Below, piece by piece: positions 1-8,300 of a stretch of 11,272 bases of DNA (positions within the stretch are counted from its first letter, which is position 1; each line of letters starts with the position of its first letter). Under the pieces are notes generated by a model. It worked only from the letters and a program-made list of their open reading frames with translations. It made no database searches and had not been told where the DNA came from. The DNA comes from an uncultured archaeon (GTDB taxonomy: Archaea > Iainarchaeota > Iainarchaeia > Iainarchaeales > 0-14-0-20-30-16): assembly GCA_964565125.1 (NCBI GenBank), contig CAZMCX010000017.1, positions 1-11,272 on the forward strand, in the 5' to 3' direction. A program made the position numbers and the translations under genes.

Positions 1-35
1 CTTAACAGAAATTGTTTCAGGCTCAGTAAAATATA

Positions 36-44
36 AGGTGTGAT
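36..44 (+). promoter_or_regulatory. Shine-Dalgarno-like ribosome-binding site for nrdJ (AGGTGTGAT)
   Basis: AGGTG at 36-40 and GTGAT at 40-44 are complementary to the conserved 16S 3' tail (..GAUCACCUCC). They sit 3-7 nt before ATG 48. The 9-mer GTGTGATTT (38-46) recurs before cobO. Confidence 0.45.
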
Positions 45-47
45 TTT

Positions 48-3000
48 ATGATCAAAAGAGTAAGAAAGAGAGATGCTAGAATTGTTGATTTTGATAAAGA
101 AAGAATTGAAACTGCAATAACTAAAGCCTTTGAATCTGTTAATGTGCCAATAATGCCTGTAAAACAGATTGTGGATGAAGTGCTAGTGGATTTAGAAGAA
201 AAAGATTCTAAAGAAACTCCATCGGTTGAAGACATATCTGATTTAATAGAAAAAGTACTTATGGAGAAAGGCTACAAAGAAGTGGCAAAATCTTTTATTT
301 TATATAGGGAATATCGGAGGCAAATAAGAGAACTTAGAAAAGCTGTGTTTGGTGAGGATGTAAAAACAAAGCTTTCTGTAAATGCGATAAAAGTATTGGA
401 GGGAAGGTGTTTATTAAGAGATGAAAATGGGAAAGTAGTTGAAACTCCAGAAATGATGTTTAGAAGAGTAGCAAATAATATTGCTTCTGCAGAGGCTAAC
501 TATGCTCCAGATAAGAAAACTGCTAAAGAATTAATAAAACAGCATTCAGAAGAATTCTTTGAACTAATGAGTTCTTTAAAGTTCCTTCCTAATAGCCCAG
601 CATTAATGAATGCCGGGGCTGCGTTGCAACAGCTTACTGCTTGCTTTGTTCTTCCAATAGAAGATTCTATGAATGGAATTTTTGACAGTTTAAAGTCTGT
701 GGCACTAATCCAACAAGGGGGTGGAGGCACAGGAATGTCGTTTTCTAGGCTTAGACCAAAAGGGGATGTTGTAAAAAGTACTTTTGGCGTGGCTTCTGGG
801 CCAGTATCTTTTATGAAAGTATTTGATTCTGCAACAGAAATAATAAAACAGGGCGGATGTATTGCTTCTGATAGTTTAGTGAGGACTAATAAGGGTGTTT
901 TACCTTTAGGAAATTTATTAAATTGCCCACCCTTAGGAGATAATAAAACAAAATATAATGTTTATACAAATGATTCCTTTGATAATGCTTATATTGCAGA
1001 AGATAATGGACTAGCAGAAGTGTATTGTGTAAAGACAAAGCTTGGCACAGAGATTAAGGCAACATATAACCATAAAATCAGTATTATTGATGAAAATGGA
1101 AAATTTTCTTGGAAAGAAGCCGAGAGTCTTAAAAATGGGGATTGGATAGTGCATGTACTGGGGGGGCATAATGGTTTAGATGTATCTTTTCCTAAGATAT
1201 TATATAAAAAACACCATAACTCAAACAATGTAAAAATACCTCCCAAAATGGATCCCCAAATTGCAGAGTTATTAGGGTTATATATGGCTGACGGTTGCAT
1301 AAGCACAAATGGGCGGTTAATCTTTGCAGTAGATGATAAAGATAAAGAATTAAGTAAAAGGATTACGGAAATAATGCAGTGTTATTTTAATTTAAAATTA
1401 GGCTATGTGCAAAAAAAGCCGAATGATAAATCTGTGTGTCTTGTATTTTATTCAAAAGAAGTGTGCAATTTTTTTGAAAAAATTGGTTGTAAAAAAGATG
1501 GCTCACTAAATGCTTTTGTTCCATCAGTTGTTTTTGAATCTTCTGCAGAAAGTGCTAGAGCTTTTGTAAGGGGGTTATTTGAGGGCGATGGAAGCACACA
1601 TCCTGATGGATATCCACAATTAGCATCTGCATCGAAAAAATTAGTGAAAGATGTTCAACAGCTTTTATTTGGATTAGGAATGGTGTCAAATATTAGTCTG
1701 GGTCCACCAAAATCAAAAAATAGGTTTGGAAAGAACCAAATGTATAATTTGAATATTATACAACAAAGCAGTATGGATGAATTCATAAAGAATGTGAATT
1801 TTATTTCCCCAAGAAAGAAACAAGCCTTGTTAGAAAAACAAAAAGAAAAAAATATTGAACCTTATGATATTATTCCACATCAAGAAACTCTTTTAAGAGA
1901 ACTTTATAATAAGTCTAGGGGAGGGTGTGGTAAAAAAAGAGCAAAACTTGGTGCAAATAGAAAAATGTATCGGGCTATTCAACATTATCTTGATATTAGA
2001 GAATCAAAAAGGAATCTTTCAAGAAAAAAACTTAAAGAATTATTGAAAGAATTTCCAGAATTACATCATGAACAGCTAATTAAATTACTAAATAATAAAT
2101 ATTTTTATAGCCCTATTGTGGCAATAGATAAAGAAAAAACCAATACAATGGATATTATGGTCCCAGAAAAAGGACATTTTGTAGCAAACAGTATTTTGGT
2201 GCATAATAAAAGGCGAGGTGCAAGTATGGGGGTTTTAAGGGTAGATCATCCAGATATTATAGAATTTATTACCTGTAAACAACAAGAAGGGCAGATTTCT
2301 AATTTTAATATCTCTGTAGCAATTACTGACGAGTTTATGAAAGCTTTGGATGAAAATGCAGAATATGATTTAATAAACCCAAGAACAAAAGGTGTTGTTA
2401 AAAGAGTTAATGCAAAGTCAATTTTTGATTTAATAGTTACAATGGCATGGAATAATGGAGAACCGGGAGTAATTTTTATTGATGAAATAAACAGAAAGAA
2501 CCAGGTTCCAAATATGGGTGTAATAGAATCAACTAATCCGTGTGGTGAACAAGCCCTTTTGCCATATGAAAGCTGTAACTTGGGATCAATAAATTTGGCT
2601 GCATTTGTGGATAATGGAAAAATATTGTGGGATGAATTAAAGAAGACTGTTGAATTGGGTGTTAGATTTTTGGATGATTTAATAGATATGAATAAGTTTC
2701 CACTTGAAGCAATTGAGAAAATGTCAAAATCAAGCAGAAAGATTGGGCTTGGTGTTATGGGCTGGGCAGATATGCTTTATATTTTGAAGATACCATATAA
2801 CTCTGATGAAGCAATTTATCTTGCAGACAAAGTTATGAAGTTTATAGAAGATGTTGCAATAGAAACTTCTGGGGGGCTTGCTGAGGATAGAGGTAGTTTT
2901 CCTGCATTTAAGGGGAGTCTTTGGGAGAAAAAAGGATACTCTTGTATGAGAAATGCAGCCATTACTACTGTTGCCCCCACAGGGACACTTAGTATGATTG

Positions 3001-3596
3001 CTGATGTGTCTTCTGGTATTGAACCTTTCTTTTCTTTGGTTTATACAAAAACAGTTCTTGGAGGGCAGGATTTTGTTTATGTTAATGCCTTACTTGAAGA
3101 GGAATTAAGAAAAAGGGGTTTGTATAGCGAGAGCTTGGTTTATAAGATTAAAGAGACAGGCACATTACAAGGTATAAAAGAAATACCGGATGATATAAAA
3201 AGAGTATTTGTTGTTTCTGAGGATGTAAGCCCAGAATGGCATGTTAGAATGCAAGCAGCTTTCCAAAAAAGAGTGCATAGTGCGGTGTCAAAAACAATAA
3301 ATATGTCTAATGACGCAAATGTGGATGATGTATCTAAAGCCTATAAATTAGCTTATTCTTTGGGCTGTAAAGGTTTAACTGTGTATAGGGATGGAAGTAG
3401 GCAAGTTCAAGTTCTTAATAAAGGAAATAAAAACCAAAGCCAAGAAAAAATTACTGTAAAAGAAAATCCTGCCCCAAAACAGAAAACAATAGTGGAAGTT
3501 CCTAAAGACGAATGTCCAGTTTGTAAAAAGAAAATGGTTGCAAAAGAAGGTTGTTATACCTGTATATCTTGTGGATATTCTAAGTGTTCGATGTAA
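48..3596 (+). CDS. nrdJ: Class II (adenosylcobalamin-dependent) ribonucleotide reductase NrdJ with N-terminal ATP-cone, interrupted by one intein (732-aa host protein once the intein is removed)
   Basis: Single 1182-aa ORF. RNR motifs read in translation: LPNSPALMNAG, GGGGTGMSFSRLRPKG, IIKQGG|intein|KRRGASMGVLRVDHPDI, STNPCGEQALLPYESCNLGSINL (thiyl-radical Cys loop), TVAPTGTLS, AVSKTINM, KGLTVYRDGS. The CxxC..CxxC tail is typical of class II enzymes. Confidence 0.92.
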   Translation: MIKRVRKRDARIVDFDKERIETAITKAFESVNVPIMPVKQIVDEVLVDLEEKDSKETPSVEDISDLIEKVLMEKGYKEVAKSFILYREYRRQIRELRKAVFGEDVKTKLSVNAIKVLEGRCLLRDENGKVVETPEMMFRRVANNIASAEANYAPDKKTAKELIKQHSEEFFELMSSLKFLPNSPALMNAGAALQQLTACFVLPIEDSMNGIFDSLKSVALIQQGGGGTGMSFSRLRPKGDVVKSTFGVASGPVSFMKVFDSATEIIKQGGCIASDSLVRTNKGVLPLGNLLNCPPLGDNKTKYNVYTNDSFDNAYIAEDNGLAEVYCVKTKLGTEIKATYNHKISIIDENGKFSWKEAESLKNGDWIVHVLGGHNGLDVSFPKILYKKHHNSNNVKIPPKMDPQIAELLGLYMADGCISTNGRLIFAVDDKDKELSKRITEIMQCYFNLKLGYVQKKPNDKSVCLVFYSKEVCNFFEKIGCKKDGSLNAFVPSVVFESSAESARAFVRGLFEGDGSTHPDGYPQLASASKKLVKDVQQLLFGLGMVSNISLGPPKSKNRFGKNQMYNLNIIQQSSMDEFIKNVNFISPRKKQALLEKQKEKNIEPYDIIPHQETLLRELYNKSRGGCGKKRAKLGANRKMYRAIQHYLDIRESKRNLSRKKLKELLKEFPELHHEQLIKLLNNKYFYSPIVAIDKEKTNTMDIMVPEKGHFVANSILVHNKRRGASMGVLRVDHPDIIEFITCKQQEGQISNFNISVAITDEFMKALDENAEYDLINPRTKGVVKRVNAKSIFDLIVTMAWNNGEPGVIFIDEINRKNQVPNMGVIESTNPCGEQALLPYESCNLGSINLAAFVDNGKILWDELKKTVELGVRFLDDLIDMNKFPLEAIEKMSKSSRKIGLGVMGWADMLYILKIPYNSDEAIYLADKVMKFIEDVAIETSGGLAEDRGSFPAFKGSLWEKKGYSCMRNAAITTVAPTGTLSMIADVSSGIEPFFSLVYTKTVLGGQDFVYVNALLEEELRKRGLYSESLVYKIKETGTLQGIKEIPDDIKRVFVVSEDVSPEWHVRMQAAFQKRVHSAVSKTINMSNDANVDDVSKAYKLAYSLGCKGLTVYRDGSRQVQVLNKGNKNQSQEKITVKENPAPKQKTIVEVPKDECPVCKKKMVAKEGCYTCISCGYSKCSM
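51..332 (+). other. ATP-cone allosteric domain of NrdJ (about residues 2-95)
   Basis: IKRVRKRDARIVDFDKERIETAITKAF ... KGYKEVAKSFILYREYRRQIRE matches the ATP-cone pattern (V.KRDG....FD..KI ... Y..YR) found at RNR and NrdR N-termini. Confidence 0.7.
858..2207 (+). mobile_element. Intein (450 aa) with a LAGLIDADG homing-endonuclease domain, inserted in the QGG|KRRGA loop of NrdJ
   Basis: Begins at Cys271 (TGT 858-860; CIASDSLV, block A). Block B TxxH is present (IKATYNHKISI). LAGLIDADG motifs are LLGLYMADG (1269-1295) and FVRGLFEGDG (1563-1592). Block F/G is MDIMVPEKGHFVANSILVHN, ending at Asn720 (AAT 2205-2207). Removing it rejoins IIKQGG to KRRGASMG. Confidence 0.9.
3513..3593 (+). other. C-terminal Cys-rich zinc-finger/redox tail of class II RNR
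   Basis: CPVCKKKMVAKEGCYTCISCGYSKCSM has CxxC..C..CxxC plus a terminal Cys. It follows a low-complexity linker (NKGNKNQSQEKITVKENPAPKQK). A Cys-rich zinc-finger tail is described for many class II RNRs. Confidence 0.65.
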
Positions 3597-3654
3597 ATGG
3601 GCTTGTAGGTAAGTAGGGAAATGGACCTGTTGGGGTTAGATATCTTTGTAATAC

Positions 3655-3661
3655 GTGTGAT
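3655..3661 (+). promoter_or_regulatory. Shine-Dalgarno-like site for cobO (GTGTGAT)
   Basis: GTGAT at 3657-3661 lies 5 nt before ATG 3667. The same GTGTGATTT 9-mer (3655-3663) occurs upstream of nrdJ. Confidence 0.4.
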
Positions 3662-3666
3662 TTAGA

Positions 3667-4152
3667 ATGATTATTTACTATTATGGAACTGGAAAAGGAA
3701 AGACTTCTGCTGGGCTTGGGGCTCTTTTAAGGGCTAAAGCAGCGGGAAAAAATGTATTATTATTACAATTTCTAAAAAATAATACTATCGAAAGCAAGAG
3801 CCTAAATGGTTACTGCTTTGGAGATTCTTCTTTTGTGAATGGGTCTAGTCCAGAAAAAAAACATTTTGTATTTGCTAAGACCGGCTTATCTTTTTTTGAA
3901 AAAAAACAAAAAGATTGTGATGTAATTATGCTTGATGAACTTGGGATGGCATTGTATTATGGCTTGTTGGATAAAAAGGAAGTAGTGGCATCTATTTCTA
4001 AATTTCAAGGTGCGGGCTATCCAGTTCTTATTATTACGGGCAGAATAAGGATTAATGCTTTAGAGCAAATCTCAGATATAGTTACTGAAATGAAAGAGAA
4101 AAAGCACATATATAAGAAAGGAATAAAAGCACTAGAAGGTATTGATTACTAG
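3667..4152 (+). CDS. cobO: ATP:cob(I)alamin adenosyltransferase, CobA/CobO/BtuR type (short form, 161 aa)
   Basis: P-loop YGTGKGKTSAGLGALLRAKAAGKNVLLLQFLK parallels CobA TGNGKGKTTAAFGTAARAVGHGKNVGVVQFIKG. Also present: DVIMLDELGMALYYGLLDKKEV (compare VVLDELTYMVAYDYLPLEEV), VLIITGR, and a C-terminal KKGIKALEGIDY (CobA/BtuR ends ..GVKAQMGIDY). Confidence 0.85.
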   Translation: MIIYYYGTGKGKTSAGLGALLRAKAAGKNVLLLQFLKNNTIESKSLNGYCFGDSSFVNGSSPEKKHFVFAKTGLSFFEKKQKDCDVIMLDELGMALYYGLLDKKEVVASISKFQGAGYPVLIITGRIRINALEQISDIVTEMKEKKHIYKKGIKALEGIDY

Positions 4153-4228
4153 GCAATAAGTTAAGTAGGATGCCAAAGTTTATCCTGCACTTCTTTGTAT
4201 TGATTTCTTTGCCAACTTTTTGTCTTTA

Positions 4229-4236
4229 TTTTTTTT
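4229..4236 (+). terminator. Oligo-T tract (T8), candidate archaeal-type terminator for the nrdJ-cobO transcript
   Basis: A run of 8 T lies 77 nt downstream of the cobO stop, in the convergent spacer. Archaeal RNA polymerase terminates at oligo-T. A weak hairpin (4165-4171 / 4182-4188) lies just after the stop. Confidence 0.3.
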
Positions 4237-4270
4237 AGCATCTTGTAACTTAACTGTTGTCATCTTTATT

Positions 4271-5287
4271 CTATTTGCTAGCAGAATCTTTTTTTAGTAA
4301 CTTTGTAATTGCCTCTTTTATTTCCTCAATTACTTTTGGAGAGGTGTGATTTAGATCTAGAGTAAAGTCTTTTTGTGGGCTAAATTCTTTGAACTGAACC
4401 TTGAAGTCGTCTACTTCTCTTGGAAGCATCATGTCTTTTTTTGTGTAAATTATTATGAATTCTTTGTTTACTTTTTCAAGTAATTTTGAAATTAGTTTCC
4501 TTTGTTTTCCAGGATCTTCTGTTAAATCGATCAAAAATATTGCGGCCTTTGCAAGTTTCTCCAATGCAATAATTGTCTGCTTTTCAATAATGTTTAATTT
4601 TGAAAAATCTCTTACTAATAGCCCTGGCGAATCTATAACTTGGTATTTTTCATATCTTTGTTCATATAATCCAACTTGGAGTCTTTTTGTTGTGAAAGCA
4701 TAATCCCTGATTTCCACCTTGCTACCAGTGATTTTGTTAAGGAATGTACTTTTCCCCGAATTTGGGATTCCTACTAGGACTGCAGTAGGATAATCTTTGA
4801 AAGCAGGTGCTTTTCTTATTGTCCTTGATGCAATTAAAATATAAGATAAAGACGGATCCAATTTTTTTACAATTGATTGAACCCTGCCATAAAACTCTGT
4901 TCGTAACTTTGGCGCTGCTTTGAGGTTCGTTCTTATTTTTTGGATGTAATTGTTTTTCAAACTGTTAATTAAAAATTTGGTTTTTGCAACATGGCTTAAG
5001 CTCTTTTTCAGAGTCTCTAAATCAATTTCATTTAATAATAATTCTTTGTAAACATCTTTGAGCTTATCAATGTTTGGAAATGGTTTTACCACTCCTTCTA
5101 AAGTTGTTTTTACTTCGTCAGCGAAATGATAAATCCTTTTTTTTTCTTTATCTGCAATAAAAAAATGCTTTGGAACTCTGGCATCGTTCTCTATTTTATC
5201 AACTTCGTTTTTTACTTTTTTGATTGCGTTGTCAATAATTTCTTTTGCTTTTGGAATATAAATTGTGTCTTTTGTAGTTTTGACCAT
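4271..5287 (-). CDS. nog1: Nog1-family GTP-binding protein (archaeal homologue of nucleolar GTPase Nog1; ribosome-biogenesis-type GTPase)
   Basis: 338 aa. N-terminal helical NOG1-type region (FPNIDKLKDVYKELL..). G1 is GIPNSGKS (4748-4771). G2 is YAFTTK. G3 is VIDSPGLL. G4 is TKKD. NIIEKQTIIALEKLAKAAIFLIDLTE parallels eukaryotic Nog1 [26 protein letters not shown]. Confidence 0.88.
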   Translation of the reverse strand: MVKTTKDTIYIPKAKEIIDNAIKKVKNEVDKIENDARVPKHFFIADKEKKRIYHFADEVKTTLEGVVKPFPNIDKLKDVYKELLLNEIDLETLKKSLSHVAKTKFLINSLKNNYIQKIRTNLKAAPKLRTEFYGRVQSIVKKLDPSLSYILIASRTIRKAPAFKDYPTAVLVGIPNSGKSTFLNKITGSKVEIRDYAFTTKRLQVGLYEQRYEKYQVIDSPGLLVRDFSKLNIIEKQTIIALEKLAKAAIFLIDLTEDPGKQRKLISKLLEKVNKEFIIIYTKKDMMLPREVDDFKVQFKEFSPQKDFTLDLNHTSPKVIEEIKEAITKLLKKDSASK

Positions 5288-5308
5288 AGTATAATTAGAA
5301 TAATAAGG

Positions 5309-5316
5309 TTTATATA
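5309..5316 (-). promoter_or_regulatory. Candidate archaeal TATA box for a leaderless nog1 mRNA
   Basis: The minus strand reads TATATAAA, centred about 25-26 nt upstream of the A of the nog1 ATG (5287). There is no SD-like sequence in the 21-nt gap between them. This spacing is typical of an archaeal TATA-to-TSS distance. Confidence 0.4.
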
Positions 5317-5388
5317 GTTCGTGATATTAAATAAATAGTATTTTTTCTGCTCTTTTAGCGGAGCATAAATAAAACTAGTCAATTCATC

Positions 5389-8300
5389 TTGTTGAAGGGG
5401 AATATTGTGAAAGCATATCTTATTGGACTTTTGGGCATATTTTTTATTTTATCTGCATCTTGCATTTTTTCTGCAAGTATGTGGTATAAATTTAATGAAA
5501 CTTGGGCAACAGATGGAAACGCAATATTGAAAGTATTTGTTGATACAAGTACAGATGGTACCGCAAATACAGGCGTATCAGTTGCAGCTAATTTGGCATT
5601 AGACCAAAATGACTGTGATTATAATGCAACAACAGTAGCTTATGCTGATGGAACTTATGCTAATTTTAATTTAGACTTAAATTGTGATGGTGTTTTGGAT
5701 TTGAATGGTGCAGATTTAACTGTAACTATGACTACAACTAGCCCTGCATTGTCCAAAGACTTTGAATTTTATTTGCCGGGATTTAGAGATGTTGACTTGA
5801 ACTGGGATGTAGGAAATTTAACTTCAATAATAGATATTACTACTGATGAAAATATAGTGGTAGCTCCACTTTATTATGATGAAAACGGAGATTTGGTGGC
5901 TGGATTTACTGGGCTGTGGAAACTTTATCTTTTTAGCCCAACTGGAGTTTTTATAGATGCTTATGATGCAAATGCAGATAATAATATTACAATCCCTGTA
6001 ACCGATTTCAATACAACTCCGGGAATGTATAAATTATTAGTTGGAAATAATGTTGAAGATGAAAACACAGCAGGGTATAAGACCTTTGTTTTTAATGTGA
6101 AATCTTTTAATTTAATTGCCTATGTTCAAAATGATTTAGATGAATCAAAAGGAACCTATGGAACTGGGGAGAGTTTAGAATTGGTTGTGTTTGCAACCGA
6201 TATAAATAATACTGGTGTGACCCTAAGTAAGATATATTACAAAACAGATGCTGGAAGTCTTACTACTGTAAGTAGCCCCTTGAAAAAGAATATAATCGCC
6301 CTAAGCGTTTTGGATGCAGGAAAGCACAGCATGAAGGTAATTGGAACTTATGGAGATTATAACCAAACTTTAAACCTTGACTTTTATGTTACTGCCTACG
6401 CACCAGAATTTAAACTAAAGAAAAATAGTAATGCTGGAACAAAAGAGAAGTTTGCGGGAGTTTATGCCCCTAGTAGCACAGTAACCTTTTTATTTGGGAT
6501 TAATGATTTAACTACTGGACAGCCTGAAGATATAAACACAGATGCAAAATGTGTTTTGCTTTTGGATAAGATAAAATATAATGGGGCGGGAAAGAAAACA
6601 ACAACTACTGTATCGTGGGCAGATAATAATGTAAGTTATAATTCAACAGAAAAACTTTGTGAATTACTGGTAACTGCACCCTCAACTGAAGGTGAATATC
6701 TGTACAACTTGGATTTGAATGACAATTATTCTAATGACTATTCTGGGGTAGACTTAGATTCTAAAACCCAGAAATTGAAAGTGCAAAAATATGTGGTGTT
6801 CTTAGAGCCAATAGATGTGGAGTCCGCAATAAACTCAGAAGGAGAAATTGATAAGAAGGCATACAAGTTTGAATTCTTTGATGAAAATATTGGTTTTGTA
6901 ATTAGTACAATAGATTTATCTAATGGGTCTACTACTGACTTAAATGTTGCGGATATCCTTACACTGACTGTAATAAAATCTGGTGTTTCAACTGATTTTA
7001 GTGCAAGCGATTATGATTATAACACAAATTTAAAATTTTTTGAAATAGATAAAGATGCAGAAGCATTTAGCAGTGTTTCTGGAAAGTTTGAGATTAAAGC
7101 AGTCTTAGATACAAATTCAAATACTGGGGCGCAAATAGATGCTTATGGGTCTGCAAGTAAGAAAACATTTAAAATATCCGTGGATTTGAATAAGGATTCA
7201 TATGGTGGACCTCCTTATGTAATCCCTGGTGAAAACGTAGTATTAGTTGTTACAGTAAAAAACTCATCTAAACAAGCCGTGGCTTATGCAAGTGTATCCC
7301 TATCTACAATATATGATGTAGAGAATATGGAAGAGGTAAATTTAGGAAGTTTTAGTGCAATTGCCGATGCTTCAGGAGTTGCATATTTAGATCTTGGTTC
7401 TGATTTAAACACCGGGATGTATGAAATAACTGTTGATGTGAATGACGGGACAAGTACTGATGAGGGGATAGGCTTTGTGATGGTAAAGAAGTTCTTTGCA
7501 TTTGGGTTCCCTGGAGATTATCAACAAGATGGTGCAGTTTTAGAATTTTTAGAAAATGCTTATTTAGGAATGGATGAAAACATAGATATTGCTACATTTG
7601 TATTTAATGGAACAGGTGCGGGCTTTGGTGGAACTGAATTTGCAGATACAAGCGAATATAGTATTCCACCAGGAACTGCTAAGTTGTTCTATGAAACTGA
7701 TGATAGTGCGGGTAGAAAACTAATTTATGCAGATATAGTTGACCGGAATATTGATGCAAACTGGACAAAAGGAAGTGTTATAGATCCTGGAAGAATGGTT
7801 AGGATAAATCCAGATAGTGATTTAGTGCCAGGATTTTATGAAGCAGTATATGATGTAAATTGGAATGAAGAAATAGACACAGCAATGGCTCCATTTGTAA
7901 TACAAGGGTTTGGATTACAGATATGTAATTATACTAATACTGGTGTTAGTTGTGGTGAATCCCTGATGGGCGGCGGCCAAGACATTAAAGGCGCACCAGA
8001 TTCAAATGTAAGGTGGGTAATAAATGGAACTTCTCCTGGAGATGTGTCTTTAACAATCTCCTTAATAGATATGAAAACATTTAATGTTGTTTCTGGCGGA
8101 GATGATTTGAATTTCTATGTGAATGGGGTTCAAAAGAATGATGTTAACTTTAATTTTAATTCAAATCCCCGTGATGATAATTATGCAGATGATTACAATA
8201 TAGATGTATTTATTCCTGCTGGTCTTGACTTAGGAGATTATGACTTAGAATTTGATTTTGTAATAGATGACATCCATACAATGTACTCTAGGACAATAAC

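Noticed and set aside
23-1306. Minus-strand ORFs 23-235, 500-730 and 989-1306 (70-105 aa) inside nrdJ
   Set aside because: They lie entirely antisense to a strongly supported conserved gene. Their translations are low-complexity and Ser/Phe/Ile-rich, with no motifs and no RBS. They are typical shadow ORFs of AT-rich coding DNA.
3597-3666. Possible cobalamin riboswitch or other structured RNA in the slightly G+C-richer nrdJ-cobO spacer (or upstream of nrdJ)
   Set aside because: The spacer is only 70 nt, and only 47 nt are visible upstream of nrdJ. That is far shorter than a cobalamin riboswitch. No B12-box-like sequence or convincing stem was found, and such riboswitches are not expected in archaea.
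3607-4169. Shared TAAGTAGG octamer shortly after the nrdJ stop (about 3610) and the cobO stop (about 4162)
   Set aside because: A single shared 8-mer is well within chance expectation for this sequence length and composition. There is no extended similarity around it.
4170-4238. 22-codon hydrophobic micro-ORF (MPKFILHFFVLISLPTFCLYFF) in the cobO/nog1 convergent spacer
   Set aside because: The hydrophobicity follows simply from the T-rich terminator-like sequence it overlaps, including the T8 tract. There is no properly spaced SD, since AGGA abuts the ATG. It is too short to evaluate without conservation or Ribo-seq data.
4159-4255. 8-bp inverted repeat AGTTAAGT (4159-4166) / ACTTAACT (4248-4255) flanking the spacer, plus a 7-bp hairpin at 4165-4188
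   Set aside because: An 8-mer match in an 11-kb AT-rich sequence is expected by chance many times over. The arms are 81 nt apart. There are no associated direct repeats or a transposase that would suggest a MITE. The hairpin is weak, with one G-U pair and a 10-nt loop.
5137-5145. Homopolymer runs (T9 inside nog1; A8 at about 8845-8852 inside the giant gene) as possible phase-variation or frameshift sites
   Set aside because: Such runs are common in AT-rich genomes, and both lie in intact reading frames encoding Lys-rich stretches. There is no alternative-frame ORF continuation or evidence of variability from a single sequence.
4455-5317. Plus-strand ORFs 4455-4703 and 5126-5317, antisense to nog1
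   Set aside because: These are shadow ORFs on the opposite strand of a well-supported GTPase gene. Their Phe/Asn/Ile-rich sequences reflect poly-T/A tracts and match no recognisable domain.
7948-7965. VSCGES resembling the alpha-2-macroglobulin/complement thioester motif CGEQ, near MG-like domain signatures
   Set aside because: The essential Gln is absent (CGES, not CGEQ). This Cys has a partner Cys 10 residues upstream (ICNYTNTGVSC), which is more consistent with a disulfide.
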